From IMG/VR virus record IMGVR_UViG_3300027769_000106, positions 1 through 28,725 of that record: DNA of 28,725 nucleotides; one strand, written 5' to 3'. This DNA is from a virus. Lineage: Duplodnaviria; Caudoviricetes. Of the stretch, positions 25,623-28,725 are shown in pieces (the stretch's first letter is position 1; each line of letters opens with the position of its first letter). Position numbers and translations under genes: made by a program. The notes beneath the pieces are model-generated. The model did no database searches. It had not been told where the DNA came from and worked only from the letters and a program-made list of their open reading frames with translations.

Positions 25623-25688
25623 ATTATACAGGAACCACAGGGTTTGGCAATATACTACTAAAGTACTCCATCCCTGTGGTCAAGTATT
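25623..25688 (-). promoter_or_regulatory. Early promoter with upstream AGTACT-N15-AGTATT element
   Basis: TTGCCA (25650-25645), 16 nt, TATAAT (25628-25623). Confidence 0.78.
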
Positions 25689-25866
25689 ATTTCATCGCAA
25701 ATTTTTCCATAATGGTTGGTGTATACAGGCGTTCCGTCAATTTCAGGTATTGTTTTGAACCTGTGACCTCGCCGATATTCAATTCTGCCATTTGTTGGAG
25801 ACCAATATTAGTGAATTTATCACCTTTCAGCACATCCAGCATATACAACCAATTCAAATCTTTCAT
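25687..25866 (-). CDS. 59 aa hypothetical protein
   Basis: Likely start MKDLNWL after SD AGGTGG. Confidence 0.6.
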   Translation of the reverse strand: MKDLNWLYMLDVLKGDKFTNIGLQQMAELNIGEVTGSKQYLKLTERLYTPTIMEKFAMK

Positions 25867-25936
25867 AAAAAAACCACCTTTAAAATATAAATCAAAAAAC
25901 AAGTTAGTACTAAGTAACCAACACCTGAATGTTACC

Positions 25937-26155
25937 TCAACAATCAGGATCAAAATCGTGCCATTCCTGGGCTTCATCAGGTTGACCATCATAGTCATCA
26001 TAAGTACCTGCAATTTCCTGCCTTTCCTCGGACAGGAAATAATACAAGTCATCCTTGTCCAGTTTTTGCAACAATTCATGAATTGCCGTTACATCACCGA
26101 TTTCCAAATCAGCCTGAAGCTGCTCAACAACCATTTTAAACAATTTGCTACCCAT
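25937..26155 (-). CDS. Small acidic protein ending DDYDGQPDEAQEWHDFDPDC
   Basis: SD GAGG; very acidic C-terminal tail. Confidence 0.75.
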   Translation of the reverse strand: MGSKLFKMVVEQLQADLEIGDVTAIHELLQKLDKDDLYYFLSEERQEIAGTYDDYDGQPDEAQEWHDFDPDC

Positions 26156-26183
26156 TTTTTACCTCAAAAGTACCTACTAACCA

Positions 26184-26423
26184 TTAATCACGATAAACTG
26201 CAAAAGTCACGGCATCATTCTTCAAACAGGTGGACGATCTGGTGTTGACACCACGTCCACGATTGTGTGCTCGAGGTCCACGAAAACGGACCTTCACCTT
26301 GATACCTGACTTTGCAAACAAAAGTCTTACCTGAATCAGGTGACGCATGGGCACCTGATGCAGCATCGAATTCCTACCTACACCGGATTGGTACAGGGAG
26401 AAATATTGCATTAATTCATGCAT
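26184..26423 (-). CDS. Small basic hypothetical protein
   Basis: VKVRFRGPR...TCLKNDAVTFAVY. Confidence 0.7.
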   Translation of the reverse strand: MHELMQYFSLYQSGVGRNSMLHQVPMRHLIQVRLLFAKSGIKVKVRFRGPRAHNRGRGVNTRSSTCLKNDAVTFAVYRD

Positions 26424-26681
26424 TTAGAAATTCTCCAGATCATCGATTTGCTCTTGGATCCAATTGATTTCTTCCTCATCATCTGAGCGTTCCAGATCAT
26501 ACTGAAGGTCTTCAATGTGACAATTAATATAATCAAGACAAGCCTCACGATAAGCAATGGGGTCCAGACGCTTCAGAATCTCGGACTTTGAGAATTCCAA
26601 AGAACCGATCATCACCGGGCCGTCCATGTCCAACATTTCATCGACCATTGCCAAAATTTCATCACGTTCTGAGTTTTTCAT
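26424..26681 (-). CDS. Small acidic protein
   Basis: Likely start MKNSERD; SEILKRLDPIAYR; about 25 D/E versus 7 K/R. Confidence 0.75.
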   Translation of the reverse strand: MKNSERDEILAMVDEMLDMDGPVMIGSLEFSKSEILKRLDPIAYREACLDYINCHIEDLQYDLERSDDEEEINWIQEQIDDLENF

Positions 26682-26695
26682 TTCTATAACCTTTA

Positions 26696-26857
26696 TCAAA
26701 TAGAATCAATTAATTCGCTAATGTCATCAATTAGAAAATCAATCTCGGTATGAATACTAAGGCATTCATGTGGAATCGTTTGTTGCACCAAAGTATCAAG
26801 TTCCGACAACCGTTTGAGCACATCTTGCAAAATTAGTACTTTTTGTTCATGTTTCAT
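26696..26857 (-). CDS. 53 aa acidic helical protein (not in ORF track)
   Basis: MKHEQKVLILQDVLKRLSELDTLVQQTIPHECLSIHTEIDFLIDDISELIDSI; SD GAGG; first gene after a promoter. Confidence 0.7.
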   Translation of the reverse strand: MKHEQKVLILQDVLKRLSELDTLVQQTIPHECLSIHTEIDFLIDDISELIDSI

Positions 26858-26887
26858 TTTTTCTTTACCTCTCACATTTAAAAAACA

Positions 26888-26960
26888 ATTATACCACAGT
26901 TTACCTGACTTGGCAACCTAACACCTTAGTATTACATTACCTGACTGGAGTACTTTAGTA
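26888..26960 (-). promoter_or_regulatory. Early promoter with upstream AGTATT-N15-AGTACT element
   Basis: TTGCCA (26916-26911), 17 nt, TGgTATAAT (hexamer 26893-26888); GAGTACTTTAGTA at 26948-26960. Confidence 0.75.
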
Positions 26961-27207
26961 TGTAAGTTTCAATTTTCTTTGCAGAAATTGCCATATTACG
27001 AAAGTTCACAGATTCCATTTCAAAACCGTTTTCCAGTAATGCCAAAGAAATACGATCCTGAATATTATCTAATACTTTTTGTTCAGCTTCTGACCTGTCA
27101 CGATGTAATACCTCAGTATTAACAAGATTCAAGTCAGAGCAAGAAAAAGGTATTACATAGTAATCTTTTCTTAATTCCTGACGCTTAGAGAAGAAAATAG
27201 TATTCAT
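26932..27207 (-). CDS. Hypothetical protein
   Basis: 91 aa ORF, in register with the upstream ORF. Confidence 0.65.
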   Translation of the reverse strand: MNTIFFSKRQELRKDYYVIPFSCSDLNLVNTEVLHRDRSEAEQKVLDNIQDRISLALLENGFEMESVNFRNMAISAKKIETYILKYSSQVM

Positions 27208-27209
27208 TT

Positions 27210-27368
27210 TCAGATTTCCAGTTCTAAAGTATTCAATTCGGCCAGTAAGTCAGAAGTACTCATCATAGGGAGAATTGTAGTGATATAGTTCACAAATTTA
27301 TCTGCATCTGAATACCCTTGCATTACAATATGCTCGATAATGAGTGCTATAGTTTCATTTTTTGTCAT
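27210..27368 (-). CDS. 52 aa hypothetical protein (not in ORF track)
   Basis: MTKNETIALIIEHIVMQGYSDADKFVNYITTILPMMSTSDLLAELNTLELEI; SD AAGGG; first gene after a promoter. Confidence 0.65.
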   Translation of the reverse strand: MTKNETIALIIEHIVMQGYSDADKFVNYITTILPMMSTSDLLAELNTLELEI

Positions 27369-27395
27369 TTGGTGCCCTTTTCAATCAATAAAGCA

Positions 27396-27441
27396 AGTAT
27401 ACAGGTTTTCCAGAGAATGGCAATATACGTCATTAGTTCTC
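27396..27441 (-). promoter_or_regulatory. Early promoter
   Basis: TATATTGCCA (-35 at 27423-27418), 16 nt, TATACT (27401-27396); AGTTCTC half-site at the usual position. Confidence 0.7.
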
Positions 27442-27805
27442 AAGCGGCCTGCTCTGATACAAAAGTATTAATCGCATAACGCAAAGCGTCAACATAAGTT
27501 CTAATGTTCTCAAAAGAATTAAGAACCTCTGTGTCAGTAGTACTAAAGATTTCATTTTCGCAATGTTCTAAGATATACTTAACATTTTGATACAAATCAA
27601 TACTTTGGTTCTCAATTTGCTCAATAGACGCATTTTCTACTACTAAAGTTTGCAATTCTTCCGCAGAAGTTCTAATGTCAGAAAAATGTATTACATCCAA
27701 CATATCGCCAGTAAAACCATCTTCTACATTTTCAGTTTCAGCAATAATACTTTCCGTTGCATCCAGAATAGTATCATTAAGTGTTTCTAAGTCAAAAGTA
27801 TTCAT
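27440..27805 (-). CDS. Highly acidic 121 aa protein
   Basis: About 26 D/E versus 4 K/R; own promoter. Confidence 0.72.
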   Translation of the reverse strand: MNTFDLETLNDTILDATESIIAETENVEDGFTGDMLDVIHFSDIRTSAEELQTLVVENASIEQIENQSIDLYQNVKYILEHCENEIFSTTDTEVLNSFENIRTYVDALRYAINTFVSEQAA

Positions 27806-27842
27806 TTCCTAAACTTTCATTGTTGTTTGTTTGTAAGATATC

Positions 27843-27914
27843 ATTATATCAAAAAACCAGAAAATGGCAATATAAGAGAAAAGTTCTCATATAGACCACT
27901 GGAGTACTATAGTA
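27843..27914 (-). promoter_or_regulatory. Early promoter with upstream AGTTCT-N15-AGTACT element
   Basis: TATATTGCCA (-35 at 27870-27865), 16 nt, TGaTATAAT (hexamer 27848-27843). Confidence 0.75.
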
Positions 27915-27928
27915 TTAAGATAAAGTGC

Positions 27929-28001
27929 TGTGGATAACTCTGTGGATAAAATGTGCATAATATTGTCAATGTCGCAGGACCTGTGTATAAGCTGTGGACA
28001 A
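27929..28001 (-). promoter_or_regulatory. Cluster of five co-oriented DnaA boxes
   Basis: TGTGGATAA 27929-27937, TGTGGATAA 27941-27949, TGTGCATAA 27952-27960, TGTGTATAA 27982-27990, TGTGGACAA 27993-28001. Confidence 0.8.
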
Positions 28002-28090
28002 CTTTACCTGAATTGTTAATGAGTACTACCGTGTTACACCAAGACCTGGTGTACTGAAAAAGTACTAAGGTGCTGTGTGAAATAATGCGA

Positions 28091-28120
28091 AAGTGTCATA
28101 AAGTGCAATAAAGTGCAATT
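28091..28120. repeat. Three tandem 10-bp repeats
   Basis: AAGTGTCATA AAGTGCAATA AAGTGCAATT. Confidence 0.65.
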
Positions 28121-28218
28121 TTGTAGTACCAACGCATTACCTGTCGGGCCCATAGTGTCACCTTTGTGACTTAGACTTTGGGCACGATAAAGCATTACAA
28201 AGCATTCTCGATGGTAAC

Positions 28219-28410
28219 TCAAAAGTTCTCTAAATCCCCATTGAATACTGCTGTCTCAAACTCATGTATAATACATTCTACTTCATCCCGGAACCCCAGT
28301 AATGAAATAGTTTTCATTTCCGACTGGACCATTGGGTCGCCGAGGCCTCTTGAATACAAAAGGTCTCTGAATTCCTCTAATTGAATACTAATGTCTGACA
28401 TTTTTCCCAT
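28219..28410 (-). CDS. Small acidic hypothetical protein
   Basis: MGKMSDISIQLEE...; SD AGGAG; own promoter. Confidence 0.75.
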   Translation of the reverse strand: MGKMSDISIQLEEFRDLLYSRGLGDPMVQSEMKTISLLGFRDEVECIIHEFETAVFNGDLENF

Positions 28411-28437
28411 GTAATACTCCTGTGTTAATATGTGTGG

Positions 28438-28504
28438 ATTGTATCATATCGCCGAGGGCCTGGCAATATAGTACAAAAGTTCTCCATTGGGTTGCTATAG
28501 TATT
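28438..28504 (-). promoter_or_regulatory. Early promoter with upstream AGTTCT-N15-AGTATT element
   Basis: TATATTGCCA (-35 at 28466-28461), 17 nt, TGaTACAAT (hexamer 28443-28438). Confidence 0.68.
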
Positions 28505-28560
28505 TCCGTTTTCAACACGCAGCCCCAGCGTCCACCCCAGTCTGCTTTCGAATAGGGTCC

Positions 28561-28606
28561 ATTATACAGGAACCAGCCGGTCTGGCAATATAGCGCAAAG
28601 GTTCTC
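28561..28606 (-). promoter_or_regulatory. Early promoter, leftward member of a divergent pair
   Basis: TATATTGCCA (-35 at 28588-28583), 16 nt, TATAAT (28566-28561). Confidence 0.75.
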
Positions 28607-28619
28607 AGTTGCTCCGATG

Positions 28620-28666
28620 GAGTACTAAAGTATACAGTTGCCAAACCCCCTGGTTTCATGTATACT
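28620..28666 (+). promoter_or_regulatory. Early promoter, rightward member of a divergent pair
   Basis: GAGTACTAAAGTA, then TTGCCA (28638-28643), 17 nt, TATACT (28661-28666). Confidence 0.75.
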
Positions 28667-28696
28667 GCGTCCATGTTAATTGAAAAGGAACAAAAA

Positions 28697-28725
28697 ATGA
28701 CCGAATTTGAAAAGCAGTGCTACGG
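28697..28725 (+). CDS. 5' end of a plus-strand gene (MTEFEKQCY..., truncated by the window)
   Basis: SD AAAGGA 7-8 nt upstream of ATG; promoter at 28638-28666. Confidence 0.6.

Noticed and set aside
25478-26248. 256 aa plus-strand ORF and the other plus-strand ORFs in the track
   Set aside because: Antisense to well-supported minus-strand genes and promoters, with no SD or recognisable motifs. The only supported plus-strand gene starts at 28697.
28034-28222. 62 aa minus-strand ORF
   Set aside because: No clear SD, atypical composition, and it runs through short tandem repeats next to the DnaA boxes. Not fully excluded because its start overlaps the upstream stop.
28433-28441. Sixth DnaA box (TGTGGATTG)
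   Set aside because: Two mismatches, isolated, and partly explained by the overlapping -10 hexamer.
1-28725. Stop-codon reassignment, introns or inteins
   Set aside because: Recognised genes are full length in the standard code and tile the window without unexplained gaps or insertions.

Overview
A 28.7 kb, AT-rich, densely coding fragment of a T4-like (Tevenvirinae/cyanomyophage-type) phage genome. Almost all genes are on the minus strand. Left end: replication and late-transcription core (gp32 truncated at the edge, gp59, gp33), a SleB-type cell-wall hydrolase, an outer-membrane beta-barrel protein and a beta-propeller repeat protein. Middle: PD-(D/E)XK exonuclease, PhoH, pyrimidine-dimer glycosylase family protein, NAD-dependent epimerase, metallophosphoesterase, CobS-like AAA ATPase, rIIB and rIIA. 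Right: many small, often very acidic early ORFs driven by repeated sigma70-type promoters, ending where transcription switches strand. Three non-coding signals missed by the ORF track stand out. (1) A complete circularly permuted (two-piece) tmRNA gene at about 4032-4354 with tag ANDSQFALAA, a perfect promoter and a terminator. (2) A helically phased cluster of five DnaA boxes at 27929-28001, plus a perfect DnaA box at the start of the gp32 transcript. (3) Two families of repeated operator-like motifs upstream of early promoters. A proteobacterial, possibly betaproteobacterial, host is inferred but not shown. All product calls come from motif recognition by eye; no database search was run.
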